Notes: generated by a model from the letters alone, not told the origin. A DNA stretch of 64,000 bases from the human T2T-CHM13v2.0 reference genome, Homo sapiens (GCF_009914755.1 NC_060930.1), one strand, 5' to 3'. Shown: positions 20,011-36,642, numbered from the stretch's first letter. Translations and numbers: made by a program.

Positions 20011-21212
20011 AAATTCTGCATGATGTGTGTTTTCTGCTGAACAGTTTTGGCTGCATGTGATTGTTTCCTTTGCTTCTTTTAAGAATAAAATTGAATTTTA
20101 TTGTCTTAGATATTTTCCAGAAATGTTACACATTCATAATTGAACATTTTAAATAATTTTGTGGAAAGACAATTATAGCTTGAGCTGGGAATCATTTGTT
20201 TACTGGGAGGAAAAAATATCCATCTCCAGGAGGCATCTTTAATGATCAGTTAATCATGATCCTGTTATTTAATGTTTAACTTGTATATTCTCAAGTTCTG
20301 GAAAATTTCTAGTACAATCTTTTTGTGTCCAGTAACTTTTATGTTTCTCCTTCTAGTTTCTGCAGACCTGACTTTCTTCTTTTTTTCTTCTGAGTTGGTA
20401 TAGAGTCTAACAAATGAGCACATTAGATGCAAGTTCTTTTAGGAGAGAAAACAAATTTTCTTCTCATTTTTTCTGAAATGTTTTAAGTCATTGTGTAAAT
20501 TATTAGAGTAAGTATAATGCTTACTAATATACTTTACCATATATATATATGCATATAAAAAGGTTTAAAAAAGAATTCTAAGGCATGAAAATTGTATCAG
20601 CCTGACCCCTATTTACTACAACTTAATATTGGTGCAGTTGGTGGCAGTTAACCTAAAGGAGTCATACTGATTGTCACATTTAAATTTTTTATTGCACCTT
20701 TTAACTTACTTTTTCTTTTTTTAATTAACAAGAATAATGTATATTTATACAGTACATTGGAATACAATGTAATGTTTGATACATGTATACATTGTGGAAT
20801 AATTAAATGAATATATTTATCATTACCTCATTTAAAAAAACTGTAATGTTGATTCAAGTATTGATATTCCCTCCTTTTTCACTCAATTTTTGTCTTTTTC
20901 TAATATGCTAGGATTATAAGACTTTAGAGCGAAAATTGTAATTTAATTGAAAAACATCTAATTTCATTATTTTGATTGAAATTTTTACGGATAAGTGTAG
21001 ATTCACATGTAGTAAATAGTGAAATAGAACAGAGAGATCCTGTGTATACTTTTCATGGTCATTTAGTTTTTGAATGTTAGAATAGTAAAGATTTTCCCAT
21101 TGACAGATTTTATTTTTGCATGTTATATAGTGCATTAATTGACCTGGTGTAGTAGTTTTAGTGTACTTAAATAATGTAACGATCAGTTAATTGGTGTCTT
21201 CTTGTTTTGTAG

Positions 21213-21542
<330 letters not shown>

Positions 21543-21971
21543 TGAAGAATGTTTCATTATCAGTCATTCTGAGCTCTGTTTTGAACAAATCAGTGATATT
21601 GCTTAGGAATAAACCTCTCATTTTTGAAGGATAAATAACTGACTATTTTATCCTGATAAATTTAGGGTAATTTTTAGTTAAATTTTCCAGTTATATTACA
21701 CTTTTCCAATAGGTGAGAAGATTAATTCTCTATCATCTATTAAGGCATTTTTGAAAATTTTCAGGATCATTGGGTGAATTAATTAGGGCAATTTAATATA
21801 TAAAAGCCCATGTACTTTATTAATGAGAAATGAAAATAAATGAAAATTTTAATCTTATGCAGATTGAAAAGAGTATTTAAATACATGGCAAAAGCAACTT
21901 TTCAACTCCAGTGTTTCAGTCTGTACATGAACAGTAGGACTTTGCATAATTCTAAATTTGATCTACGAATA

Positions 21972-22193
21972 CAGGGAATGGCAAACTATGAACCACAGCC
22001 CAAATTTGACCCACTGCCTGTTTTTGTAAGTAAAATTTTATTGGAACAATGCCACACCCACTCATTTATGTGTGGTCTATACCAGCTTTTGTGCTAGTGT
22101 CAGAGTTGAGTAGTTGCAACAGAGGCTATATGTACTGCAAAGCCTAAAATATTTACTATCTGGCCCTTTAGAGAAAAAGATTGTCAACCCCTA
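21972..22193 (+). mobile_element. MER58A-like hAT MITE
   Basis: CAGGGAATGGCAAACTA...AAGCCTAAAATATTTACTATCTGGCCCTTTA...CAACCCCT. Confidence 0.8.
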
Positions 22194-22378
22194 TATTAAG
22201 ACATTATTGTACGATCTTATACCAAGGATGAGTTAAGGAAAACCTACAGCACCATTTAATGCAGTAGTCAATAATGGGCTTTGGTGTTAGATCCCAGAGG
22301 CTCTCTGAGCTTTGGTTTCCTCACTTGCACGATTAAATAAACCATGAGAAGGACTTTTAAAGTACAGCCAGTACCTAG

Positions 22379-23086
22379 TGTAATGCTAAAGGTTCTTGCC
22401 TTAGCCATGCCAAAGAATTGGTGTGGTGGCTGCCTGCAGTGAGTGATGGAGACAGGGACCAAGAGAAAAAAAAGCCATAGACTTTATTGAGCAGAGTGAC
22501 AGTACAAAGCTTTCACAGTGTGGAAGGGGTCCCGAGTGGGTAGCCAGAGTTAGATTATGCAGTTTCCTTTTAAACTCTTCAAGGCGGGAAATACGTGCAG
22601 GGGGAAGATGTTACCAGAGCGAGAAACAAAGGCAGTAAATTATTTTGTGATGTGTTTTAGATTTTGAGGAAAACCGGAATTGCAACTTAGGTTTTATTTA
22701 CTTTATGACCTTGCAGCGGCTTGGCAAAGGAGACGGGAATTTACGGGACTTTACAAAGTATGTTTACAAGGAGTTGGAATTAGGAGCATAGATAAGGCCC
22801 ACTGGTCACAGAAAAATGGGCATTTAACATTTCTTTTAGTTTCAGGGGAGGGGGAAGGGAGAGAGGGAGAGAGGACATAGGGAAGCTTATGGCAAAATTT
22901 TTGCTGTTATAGCTTTCTTGGGGAAGAAAACACATGCACAAATCCTGGTGTTAGGAATATTTTAAGCACATATCTTTAATATTATTCATCCAGGACCAAA
23001 GTAAGTCCTGATACAGGAAATGAGTGAGTTTCACAGCTTCCTGAGCCCCTACTCGACCCAGGAAGGCCAGCGGGCACCTCCTCTCA
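22379..23086 (-). mobile_element. Solo ERV1 LTR (LTR30-like), 708 bp
   Basis: TG...CA termini; 4-bp TSD CTAG (22375-78 / 23087-90); minus-strand AATAAA at 22483-88; 5' end TGAGAGGAGGTGCCCGCTGGCCTTCCTGGGTCGAG; subfamily from memory. Confidence 0.85.
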
Positions 23087-23494
23087 CTAGCAATAGTGTG
23101 CATATAGGGAAAGAGCACAAGAAGACAGGAAAAAAAAGAAGATTAAAAAAAGTGTTATATGCAAGACTCTTCTTATTCTGCATTTCATCATAAACATCGT
23201 AATTGTAATCTGTATATCATAAATATAATGAGGTAGGGGATATTATCTCCATTTTACAGAAGTGGAACCTGTGTTGAAATGATGCATGTGGTTATTGATG
23301 AAGTTGTAGATGTGAGAGCTGGTTCTGCTCATGTCTGACTAACACAGAGGCTTGTGATAATTGTCCCTTCTTTCTCCCAGGCCACTGAAATTTGTCATCT
23401 ATGAATGAACAGACTAAAACAGATGTCTTAATGATTTTCAGATCTAATGTTCTGTAATGCTGTGAAATCAATAATGTGAGATGCAACATAACAT

Positions 23495-23715
23495 AGTGGA
23501 TGGGAGCACGTGCTCCTGATCCAGATGCTTTACCACATACTGTCTGTATGACCTTAGGCAGGGAACTTAGCCTTTTCGTGTCTTAGTTTCCTCACTGTAA
23601 ACTGAAGATAATAGTACCTACCTCATGTTGTAAAGAGGAATACGCGAGTTAAATATTTGTAAATGATTTGAGTACTTGTGTCTGGCACATAGTAATCATT
23701 ATAAGTGCTTTAAAT
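23495..23715. mobile_element. MIR
   Basis: TGACCTTAGGCA...AGTTTCCTCACTGTAAA..GATAATAGTACCTACCTCA...CTGGCACATAGTAA. Confidence 0.7.
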
Positions 23716-24311
23716 GAGTAAGTACAATTAAAATACAGATTGCTCCCAATTTAAAATGAAAAAAAAAATTCAAGCAAAATTAGATATGTTCTTAATGTGC
23801 ATTAAAATTTTTTGTTTTTTTTTGAAGGATTGGAAAATTTGTTTTGAAAACGTAATGAATGTTAGCATACATTTCATTTGCTCTCTAGCATTGTTATACC
23901 AAAGGAGCATATGTGGGAGATTCTAACACAAAAAAAAGTCTTTACAATAATTAATACACACTTTAGAAATGTTGTTAGAAGTGATAAATGGCATCTTCAC
24001 ACCTCTTATTATTACCCTGTGGTAGAAGATGCAGTTGTATAGAGTATTATAAGTGTTGCATGATCAAGTTATTTGAAGAGTATGAAATGCCCAAAAGGTA
24101 ATGCTATTTGCATTATCTCTTATTTTTCTTCTCTAACTTCCTTCTATTGAGGGTAAAGTGAACAGAAATCAGGGAAGATTGGAAAGAGACAGGGAATCAA
24201 TAAGATTAATATGTGATTCAATTAATTATTTTAAAAGCTAAGATTTTATTATATTTGTCTTCATCCTTCCTATGACTCTTCCTATAGATCCAAATGGTTT
24301 CTTTCTAATTA

Positions 24312-24767
<456 letters not shown>

Positions 24768-25204
24768 TTAACTGTCATAAAGAAGTTTTTGCATGATGAA
24801 AATGCAGAAAACTGCATTGGGACTGCCTATGTTTTTAAAATTCCACATAACAGATAAAATGTTATTATAAGAAACTTTAAAAATGTTTGAAGAAGTTCTT
24901 TTTTGGAAAGAAGTGATATGAAAACTTTACATGATAGTATTTTGCCTTTTAAGACTTATTAAAAATCCTGTTTTTTTTTTTTATCTTAGCCTTACATAAT
25001 TTTTGGAGGTGTGTAAGAAACTTTGCGATATAGTAAAAAAGAAGAAATATTTAAATGAATTATTTGATGGTCAATTTTTTGAGAGCTATATAATTTTAGG
25101 CAATATGTATATGTATAGAACCTACACGAGTAATAAGCACATTTTCATAGAATGAAACATTCAAAATATTCTCAAAGTATCTCTCTTTTTTCTTTTTTTT
25201 TGGT

Positions 25205-26480
25205 AGGAGCTTTATTGAGATCTAGTTAATATACCATACAGTTCACTCAATTGAAGTGTATATTTCAGTGGTTTTCAGTATTTTCAGAGTTGTGCAACCA
25301 TCACCATAGATTTAGAACATTTTCATCACCCCACAAAGAAACCCTGTACCCATTAGCAGTCACTCCTCATTGCCCACTTCTCTCAACCCTAGGTGACCAC
25401 TAATCTACTTCCTGTCTATAAATTTATTCTGGACATTTCATATAAATGGAATCATACAATATGTGGTCTTTTGTGATTGGCTTCTTTCACTTAGCATAAT
25501 GTTTTCAAGGTTAATCCATGTTATAGCATTTAGCAGTACTTCATTTTATTTTTATTGCCGAATAATATTTCATTGTATGGATATACTACATTGTTTATCC
25601 ATTTGTCAGTTTCTAGACATTTGGGTTGTTTCCATTTTTGGCTATTATGAATAATGCTGCTGAGAACGTTTGTGTACAAATTTGTGTTTGGATGTGTTTT
25701 CATTTCCCTTGAGTAAATACCTTGGAGTGGAACTGCTGAATCACATCATGGTAAACTCTGACCTTTTGAGGAACTGTCAGACTTTTTCAAAGCAGCTTTT
25801 CCACTTTACAAAGCTATTCCCATCAGAAGCGTATGAGGGTTTCAGTTTCTCCATATCCTCACCAGTACTATGTGTATGCTTATAGCAATCGTACAGGGTG
25901 TGACGTGTTATCTTTTTGTGGTTTTTATTTGCATTTTCCTGATGGCTCAAGATGCTGAGCATCTTTCTGTGTGCTTACTGACCATTTGTATATCTTTTTT
26001 GGAGAAGTGCCTGTTGAGATTCTTTGCCCATTTATTAATTGGGTTGTCTTTTTATTACCAAGTTGTAAGAGTTTTGAAAATATATTCTAAGTACAAGTCC
26101 TTTATCAGATATATAATTTGCAAATCTTTTCTCCCATTCTGTATGTTATCTTTTTACTCATTTGATAGTGTTCTTTGAAACTCAAATTTTTATTTCAGTG
26201 AAGCCTAATTTATCTGTTTTTTCTTTTATTGCTTGTGATTTTGGTATTATATCAAAGACATGAAGATTTACTTTGTGATCATGAAGGTTTATACCTAGTT
26301 TTTTTCTAACAGTTTAATAGCTTTAGCTCTTACATTTAAGTCTTTGATTCCATTTTGAGTTAATTTTTGTTTATGGTTGAGGAAGGGGTCCAGCTTCATT
26401 CTTTTGCATGTGGACATCCAGTTGTTCCAGTACCTTTATTGAAGAAGCTGTTCTTTCCTCAGTGAATTGTCCCAACATCT
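25205..26480 (-). mobile_element. L1MB-like 3' UTR/ORF2 fragment
   Basis: AGCTTTATTGAGAT...GTTGTGCAACCATCACCA...TTGCATTTTCCTGATG...; ORF 25777..25962 gives a degenerate L1 ORF2-like peptide. Confidence 0.85.
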
Positions 26481-26699
26481 TATTATTGTAAGGTCTCATT
26501 TTTCACATTTTTTTCTCATATATATTCTAAGATTGGTATGTTAAGTAGTTTATGAATTTGTCATAAAATTGTCATGATTTTCACACATTCTTTGTAGTTT
26601 TTAATTAGGTAGTCTTAGAATATATCGTTTATTAATATTAATCTGAAAATATTTGTAAAATGCTATTTTTTATTATAATGCAAATAAATATAAAGAATA

Positions 26700-26910
26700 G
26701 TTAATCGTTAGTACTTTCTCTGTACCAGACACTATTCCAAGCATTTCACATACATAACCTCATTAATCTAAATAACAACCATGTAAGGTAGGTAAAGTAA
26801 TTATCCCAGTTTTATGGACGAAGAAACTGTGCACAAAGAGAATAAGTAACTTATTCAAGGTCACATAGCTAGTAGTTGTAGAGCCTGATCAGCCCTGAGA
26901 CTAAAGCACT
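26700..26910. mobile_element. MIR
   Basis: ATTATCCCAGTTTTATGGACGAAGAAACTG...AAGTAACTTATTCAAGGTCACATAGCTAGT core. Confidence 0.7.
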
Positions 26911-27049
26911 TTCTTTCTTTATAGTACTTTTTAAAGCAGCCCTTATAAATAGAAATCTGTAGATATGATGTACTAAGGCAAAAATGACCTGCCTGGCCAC
27001 CTTCTGCTGCAATATATCTTTTCCTCACATACCCCTGTGCAAGCACACA

Positions 27050-27135
27050 AAAAATAAAATGGCACACGTGCAGGCTGGATGTGCCAATGGCAGATTTCTC
27101 AAAATGCCCACATGGGTCAAGACCTAACTGCATTG

Positions 27136-27170
<35 letters not shown>

Positions 27171-27472
27171 ATTCTCTGCTCTGCAGTGTAAAGATATTGA
27201 AAATGTCAAAAAGGCTTGCAGATACCCCTAAGGGTAACAGTAAATAAGGAAAAGAGGAAGCATTTGTACTGATCTCTAGCACAGAAAGTCAAGCTGTTGG
27301 AGGAACTGGACAGGGGTATACATGTATATTAGTGTGTATATGAAACATAAATGAATTTTGTGTTTCGAATTCAGCTCATCATGTATATGCAGTTATTCCA
27401 AAACTGGAAAAAATCTAAAATCTGAAACACTTTTGGTCCCAAGCATTTCAGTTAAGGGATACTCAGCCTGTA
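27050..27472 (+). mobile_element. Tigger4/Zombi-like remnant with internal T31 run (27137-27167)
   Basis: Degenerate transposase start ATGTCAAAAAGG..GCAGATACCCCT...GCACAGAAAGTCAAGCTGTTGG; terminus TAAGGGATACTCAGCCTGTA. Confidence 0.75.
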
Positions 27473-27998
27473 CAGGTAATAGTAAATGTCTCTTCACTCC
27501 CTTCGACCCCAAGCAATATGAGTACATGCTTATTACGTATATGCATAAACACATCCATAGACAGATATGTACATCCAAATTGATCTATTTAGGTGCCTTA
27601 CAGCGTTTGCACTAAAATTACTCCTTGAAATTTCTTGAAGTCATATGAATTTTAATGATGAGATACTCTATTTCTCTAAAGAGTTAATATATTGAAAAGG
27701 ATTATAATCTATCAGTGTAGTTTGCTTATAGGGTCAAAAAAAATGAAACAGTGACAGTTTAATATTGATGTGCTTAAAGGATTATACCATGGACTTCCCC
27801 AAGGGAGGATCTTCTGTTGATCTTAGCAGTACGGGTGTTTGACAAGGATAGTGAAAAAGTGAGGTAGATTTAAAAGTTACAAATAAGCCTTGCCTATTAT
27901 ATGGTTTTTTGTAAGTGAAGTATAATTCTAAGAAATGGGTCTTGAAAATCTGGTTTATATAATACTTATTAATTTCAATGAAAATATATTTCTATTAG

Positions 27999-28143
27999 GT
28001 GGTTGTAATCTGAAGAATAAATCTGCTCAGTCTTTGGAATATTGTGCTGAATTACTGGGTTTGGACCAAGATGATCTTCGAGTAAGTTTGACCACAAGAG
28101 TCATGCTAACAACAGCAGGGGGCACCAAAGGAACAGTTATAAA
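27999..28143 (+). CDS. MYO6: MYO6 exon 12 (145 nt); includes Thr405 TEDS-rule site (28133-28135)
   Basis: attag|GTGGTT...ATAAA|gtaagt; [20 protein letters not shown]...GGTKGTVIK. Confidence 0.97.
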
Positions 28144-29924
28144 GTAAGTTCCTTAAGTAATTGCACTGCAAAAATTTTGCCTTGCAGTTTGTCAAGGAAA
28201 AACATAAGTTACATTCTGTTTAAAACCTGAGCTTGGTAGATCAAAATTCTCTACATCTCAGTGTAGTAATCCACCATATAAATAAATGGAGTTTAACATA
28301 GCTCTTAAAGTTGTTCCTTGCTGATATTTGGAATTCATAAGGTAAGAGAGAGGTTTACTTTTCTACAACTATGAAAATATGAGCTGATGGTATAAATCAA
28401 TATATGACAGTTTTAGGCAACAGATCATTTTACTTTAAAAGTAATTTTTTTATGCCAATAATGTGTACTAAAACACATCTATTAAGCAGATCTCACTTCA
28501 GCAAAATACTTAGCAAATGACACTTTCCTTATGTTTAGGATTCTTTATTTGGGAGAAATTACAAATGACGAGAAATAAGGGCTTAACCAAGATTTTAAAA
28601 ATCAGTAACCAAGAACTTCTAGATTGTACCTGGATGTTTTTATACTTTTGTCTCCATGTCCTATATTTTATATATTTTTGGTTTTGGTACTGTAGAATAA
28701 AATTGACATTCAGCCTTGTCATTCTGAGGCACTGCAGGATCTTCATTTGTGGAGGGAAGAAGACCCTTTATCTCTTACTAATAAGATAGGCAGTGAGCTC
28801 TAGTGACATATTTCCGAAAAAGTTGCAACAAATTTAAACAAAGAATTTTTTGAAAAAGCTTTTAGCCTCTCAGAAAATTGGCTATCTCTTATTCTTTTGA
28901 AAATTTTAGCAAGGTATGCTTAGCCTGATTCTTTGCTAAGCAAATTCAAAATTGTTCTTGTTATAAAGAAAAACTCTGGAAGAAGTTTGTAGAGTACCAC
29001 CCTACAGCCTACAGTTACTTGGTTCCTTAGAGATATCTCTGCGGCCCAAGGGAAAGCCCATAAATGTGCAGGTGGGTGGTTCTCAGGCATTGCTTCCTCC
29101 ATTTTCCCATTTTCTCCTTGTTCCAAAGCAGTTTTTTGTTGTTGTTTCCTTTTTTCAATCAATGCCATTCCAGAATCCAAAGCAGCTCTTTTATGTACTC
29201 TATATATAGCGTGTCCACATGAAACTTCAAGAAAGGGTTCCATTGCAGAAAATATAAGTGAGAAATCACTGTTTAGAGAGGCTTAAGTATCAAATGTCAG
29301 GCTGATCTGAATGACTTATAATTCTACTTCCAAATTTGACTTTCTTTTTTTTTTTTTTGTGCTCTCTTGGTACCCCATGCTTATCTTTATGATAGTATTT
29401 AGCATGGTGTTTGGAAATTCTCTTCTGTGCCAGTCTCTCTTCATCAGACTATCATTTTCTTGAGGACAATGGCTCTGTGTCTGTACCTGCAACATTTAAT
29501 ACTATTATACCATATAGTCAGTTATATTAAATAGTAGAATGGGACAGTTCAAATTTTAAGATGTAAACATTTTATCCTAAACAGTGTAAAGAAGTTACCA
29601 AACTTTAAAGTTATCCTGAATTAAACACTGTTTCCTTTGCATTTAAGGAAAACCAAAAGGGAGGTTATTCCTTTGAATAATTTTGTATGTATTCAGGATG
29701 TAAATTAAGGTCAAAATGATTTTTTAAGCCTAATTTTTTTTACCCCAATAATAGACTTTTGATCTAATTTTAGGTAATTCCATTAGTTTTCTTGTAGCAG
29801 TTTTCTACTTAGCCCCATTTATCTGTGCCTATTCTCACATGACCTTTGGTAACTCTTTATTTTGTTCTTCTCTGTGGGTATGTTTAGGTGCACTCTGTGG
29901 CATTTTCACAGTGCACTATTATAA

Positions 29925-30119
<195 letters not shown>

Positions 30120-31181
30120 TAGAGTTTCTTTTGTGAGTATATATTTGTTTCATATTTTTTCACACATTAGAATTTGTTCTTAAATCTTTTCTCCTTTGTA
30201 ACTCATTTTACTTGATGTATGTGTAATTATATGTCCACACTCACATTTCATAATATGACCTAGATAGGGAGCTGATACTTTAAAGAGAAGAGGAAAGACT
30301 CGTGGGGATTAGTTTTGATGATACTAATGCTAAAATTAAAACATTGATTGAAACTGCTAGAGTTAAGGATATCTCTATACTCTAAAAGGAATACAACTGA
30401 ATAAAGGTAAATCCTTGTGTGCTACTAATAAAGATAATACATTCACTGATTAAATAACAAAAAAAGATAAATAGAGTCACTAAAACCATTTACTAATTTG
30501 TAGAGCTGGGGATAGGTTGACCTAACTTACAGGCCAACCTCATTACTATGTTTAGAAATTCATTGCTGTTGCTGTCAGCAAGTAGCTATATTTTCCATCA
30601 AATTAATAAGATATCAAGGTAAGTAGTTAAACAACTGTAGAGCTGTTCAACCAGAAATGAAATGGGTCACCAGCATGTGAATGCTGCTTTGCTCTGAGTG
30701 ACAAAAATATAAAAATCTTGAAATGTAAATCTAATGGGTTTTGTATTGGGCTTTATCAATGTGGGCATTCTTTCTGACTGTGAAGGAGTAGTGTCTTCTT
30801 TGTGGTTTTTGCCAAAGAAATGTATGAGTGTTTACATTTGGGGAGGGATGGAGTTTTGCTTTTGATGTAATACGTATTTTAAACTTTATAATTCTCTACC
30901 TTTTGTTCAAAGGTAGAGAATTATTATTATTATTAATTTTTTTTCCTTTTCTACAAGTTTTAGCATAACACATACAAAGGATTATAAAATTGTAAAGCCG
31001 AGTGTATCTTAGACATCATGCAATATAATCTCTTGATTTTAGAAATGAATTGGTATCCACAGCATTTTTGATAAGTAATTTTACAGATTATGCAGAAAAA
31101 AATCTTCTAAAGCACTTGTATTTTAAGTAATTTTTGTGCTTAATTTAGATTGCTTTAATACCTGTGCTTTAAAAAATTGTT

Positions 31182-31476
31182 GGCCGGGTGCGGTGGCTCA
31201 TGCCTGTAATCCCAACATTTTGGGAGGCTGAGGCCAGCAGATCACTTGAGGCCAGGAGTTCGAGACCAGCCTGGGTAACATGGTGAAACCCTGTCTCTAC
31301 TAAAAATACAAAAATTAGCTGGGTGTGGTGGCACATGTTTGTAATTCCAGCTACTTGGGAGGCTCAGGCATGAGAATCACTTGAACCCGGGGGCGGAGGT
31401 TGCAGTGAGCCAAGATTGTAGCACTGCACTCCAGCCTGTGTGACAGGGATCCTATCTCAAAAATAAATAAATAAAT
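31182..31476 (+). mobile_element. Alu (S-like)
   Basis: Sense dimer with (AAAT)n tail. Confidence 0.9.
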
Positions 31477-31671
31477 AGTTAACATGTGGCTTACATTTTA
31501 TATCTTTTAGTATACAACATTTATCTCATTTGAGAAACACCTTATTTGTCAACTGAAGCAGGGTATTTTTAATACTTTTAATGCCTATAAAGTTTTGTCT
31601 TGAAATGAGAACATTTGGGAAGTATAGAACAAATATATATAATATACAAATTTAACCTAATTTTAAATTAA

Positions 31672-31875
<204 letters not shown>

Positions 31876-32145
31876 TAAGATCTGCATAAAGCTATTTTAA
31901 ATTTTAAGGAAGAGATATGCTGCAGTTACCCTGATTGGTGTGGATGGATGGTGTATAACGGAAGGTGGCTCAGGGAATCTGGGAAGCCCAGCAGAGGCCC
32001 CGGGGCTCAGGCACGTCAGAAGTGTTAATGGTTCAGCTGAAGTTTAGGGACCCGATAAAAACCCTTAATAGGGGCTTCCTCAGAAGTGAACATCTGTTTT
32101 TAGTAGTGACTTTTAATGGACTTGAAGCTCTGTTTCTTTTTATGA

Positions 32146-32816
<671 letters not shown>

Positions 32817-33881
32817 CTGTAGCTCCCCTTCTTCAGGTCTCTCTGCTTCTGCCTACTCTGCTGCTGGCTCACCTTTCCCTGTCTGGCAGCAAAGCCATCA
32901 AGTCAGGAGATTTGATGCATCCATTGTCCTGGAGTGCCTCTGGGCAGTACTTTCCTTGTCATGCCACCTTTTGGACTGTCAGCTGCTTCTACTTTATCTG
33001 GGCTGAAATGTGCAATCATTTTATTTCCTATTTCCATCCTTTCTATCTTTTCCCACATTTTAATTATGTTTATGTTTTTGTGGGCTTCCCAGCACATTCT
33101 AGCTTTTGTACATTTTACTTACATTCTGTAGTTAAATGAATTCTGGCATAAACAAACAGGTAAAACAAGTACTTACCAGTAAGATAATTTCTCTGAAAAC
33201 GTTTATCCAGTCACATTAGTTCTATTACCATGTGAAGTTTTACCTTCATGCCTCTAATTTAACATAAGCTAATCCTTCCCTTCTACACCAACCTACCAAA
33301 AAACTTTATCTAGAAATATTGTAAAAAGGAGACTGTATTTTGATTTATGTTCACCTTTTTAATATACTTTAAAATAAATGTGAATTTCAAATTGAGTTGT
33401 GTTTAAGTGGACAGTGCCTTCTAGAATGTCAGAAATCTTTTCTAGTATCTCATGGGAGGAAATATTTAAACACTCAGGAAACAATGTTAAAACATATTTA
33501 CTTAAGTTCATTGCATAGTTTATCCATCTATGATAAAATCCCTTTAAAAATTTTAAAAAGACACAAGACATATTTGAGGACTCAAATTTGATCATATATT
33601 GTTCTTCTAAATTACACTTATTTTCCCCAAGTGATGTATCATATATATTATATCACTGTGTTGGTATTAGAGCCCATTTGCAGTTAATTGCTATTTCCTT
33701 ACCTTTAGTGCCTGTCTGCAAGTGTTCAAAAATCTGTTATGTTTTTGGAAAACCATTTAAGGCTATACCAGTTTGTATAAACCTTTGCATTCTAATTAGC
33801 AAATGTTATGTTCAGAAACAGTGCAAAATTCACTATTGCTCAGTATTGCTGTATCTATGATTATGATTATTTCATTTTTAG

Positions 33882-34010
<129 letters not shown>

Positions 34011-35432
34011 TAGTGCTTTTTCTGTGCTTTTTAATTGACATTACTTGTTATATGACTTGAAACTGGTATTTGAGAGAAGGTTACTTCTGTATTACTGCCT
34101 GGAAGTTATTTTTTCCACCAAGACTTCAAAGGTATCTTTGTTGGAAGTTTTCTATAATCTCTTCTATTTATTTTGAAGGATGTTTTCCTATTTAAATAGT
34201 TAGCATGTGAATTGGTTAAGGGGGAAACTTAATTGCCTAGTCAGTAAAGACATTTATTCACCTGAGGAAGTCCATAGTTAGGCCAGGCTCCAGGCAAGTT
34301 TGTCAGGGTTTGCCCTGCTTTTCTGTGATTCTCTTGTTTCTGCTGTATTCTGTGCATTGACAGCATCCTCTAACTGGTTGCGAGCTGGCTTCATGTGTCA
34401 CAGCCAGATAACACTGCGCAGCAAGAGAATAGAGGCTCTGCTTTCATTTTAGTGGTAAAGAAACCTTTCCCTATAGCCGCACAGCCAGTTTTCAGTCTTC
34501 CATTTCTTTCCCACCCCATCTCTAAAATAAACTGTTGGGCAAACCTTGTTTTTAAAACAGTTTGATAATCCTGTCAGTAACTGATGTGCTGGATTTGAAA
34601 AACATAGTATAATAATAATACTACTTTACATCAGTATAAATTTTCAAAGCACTTTCACATTTCACTTGGTCCACTCCACATTTCCTTAACACACGGACCC
34701 TTTCTAACCTCTGAGTCTTTGACTGTGTGGTTTGATATGGCTGGAACTCTTCCCCTTCCATTTGTCTTTCAGCCCACTTTCACCTCATGCTACATCTATC
34801 AAAATACTCCCATTTGTAGCTTAGTTCAGCATGCCCCTCCTGCCCTACCACTAATTACCCAAGAAGCATCATTTTCTCACTAATGTAGTTAGAATCTTTC
34901 TCTTCCTATGTCTTATAGCTTTGTTCCACTTAATCATTGTTATATACTGTATTCAAGCAGTTTACATTTTATAGTTAGTTTTGGACAGGAAGGAATTTCA
35001 AACGAATGGAAAGAGCGTAAAAATGTGTTGTTACAGATTTTGTTTGAAAGCGTTTACATCAGTTTCTAAAAGTATTATTAAAAAGCTATGCATGTAGAAG
35101 TTTCTGTAGTTTTACTTTACTTTGAATATAGCTGTCATTTCGAAAAGGAGGAATTTCCAATTCCTTAGCCTCTTCTCCTGGTTTACAAATGGAATGGTTA
35201 TTATAGTCATTTGCTTTCTTTATGTAGTAGCTTTTCTAAAACCTATATTAAATATATACTGTTACTTTTTTATAAACGGCCAGATTTGAAATAAAAATCC
35301 GTCAGCTCTCTATAACTTTTGAGAGAACACATATAGAATCACATGCTATGTTGTTTCTGATCAGTCCTTGAAATCTGTGATTAGTGAATTGTTCACATAT
35401 CTTTAAAATGTTATGTTTTTACACTATTGTGA

Positions 35433-35651
<219 letters not shown>

Positions 35652-36304
35652 TAGATATTACTAGATAATTAGAATAAAAATTATGGCGTGTATAGAGCAA
35701 CTATATTATATCCAGCACAGTATCTTCCTTAGATGGATGGATATTTATATATGATTTTTATGTAGTCAAGAGACTTTTTCTCTGATGAAAAGTACATTTC
35801 ACCTGTCTAGTACGTACAATGTGCCTGTAGTCTGAGATACTAGGGAAGCTGAGGTGGGAGGACAGCTTGAGCCTGGGAGTCGAGGCTACAGTGAGTTGTT
35901 AGCATGCCACTGCACTCCAGCCTGGCCAAAAGAGCAAGATCCTGTGTCAAAAAAATAAAAGTACGATGAGAATTACCTGCTGTCTTCATGGTCTCCCTTC
36001 TGAGCTAAGTGGGTATCAGTTGCTTTGTTTTGTGACCTTAATCACATTCCAGGAGTTGGCACTCGGAGTCGCAAGCAGCCATCTGTCTGCTTATTTGTAA
36101 GACCAGCAGTTAAGGTTGTGGCTTAGAACTCTTGACTGGTGCAGGCAATACAAATTAGATAATGATCAGCCAATTCATTTTGACCCTCTTTCCTAAGGAG
36201 TTTTGAGTGGAAAATACACTCAGAGAGGGAAATTGAATCTGAAGCAATAGAGAGATTAGGTAGAGTAAAGAGAAAAGCAGACAGACAGCAGTAGAAACAA
36301 ATGA

Positions 36305-36642
<338 letters not shown>

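Noticed and set aside
25463-26178. Cluster of hydrophobic ORFs resembling small membrane proteins
   Set aside because: They are the antisense reading of a T-rich L1 remnant.
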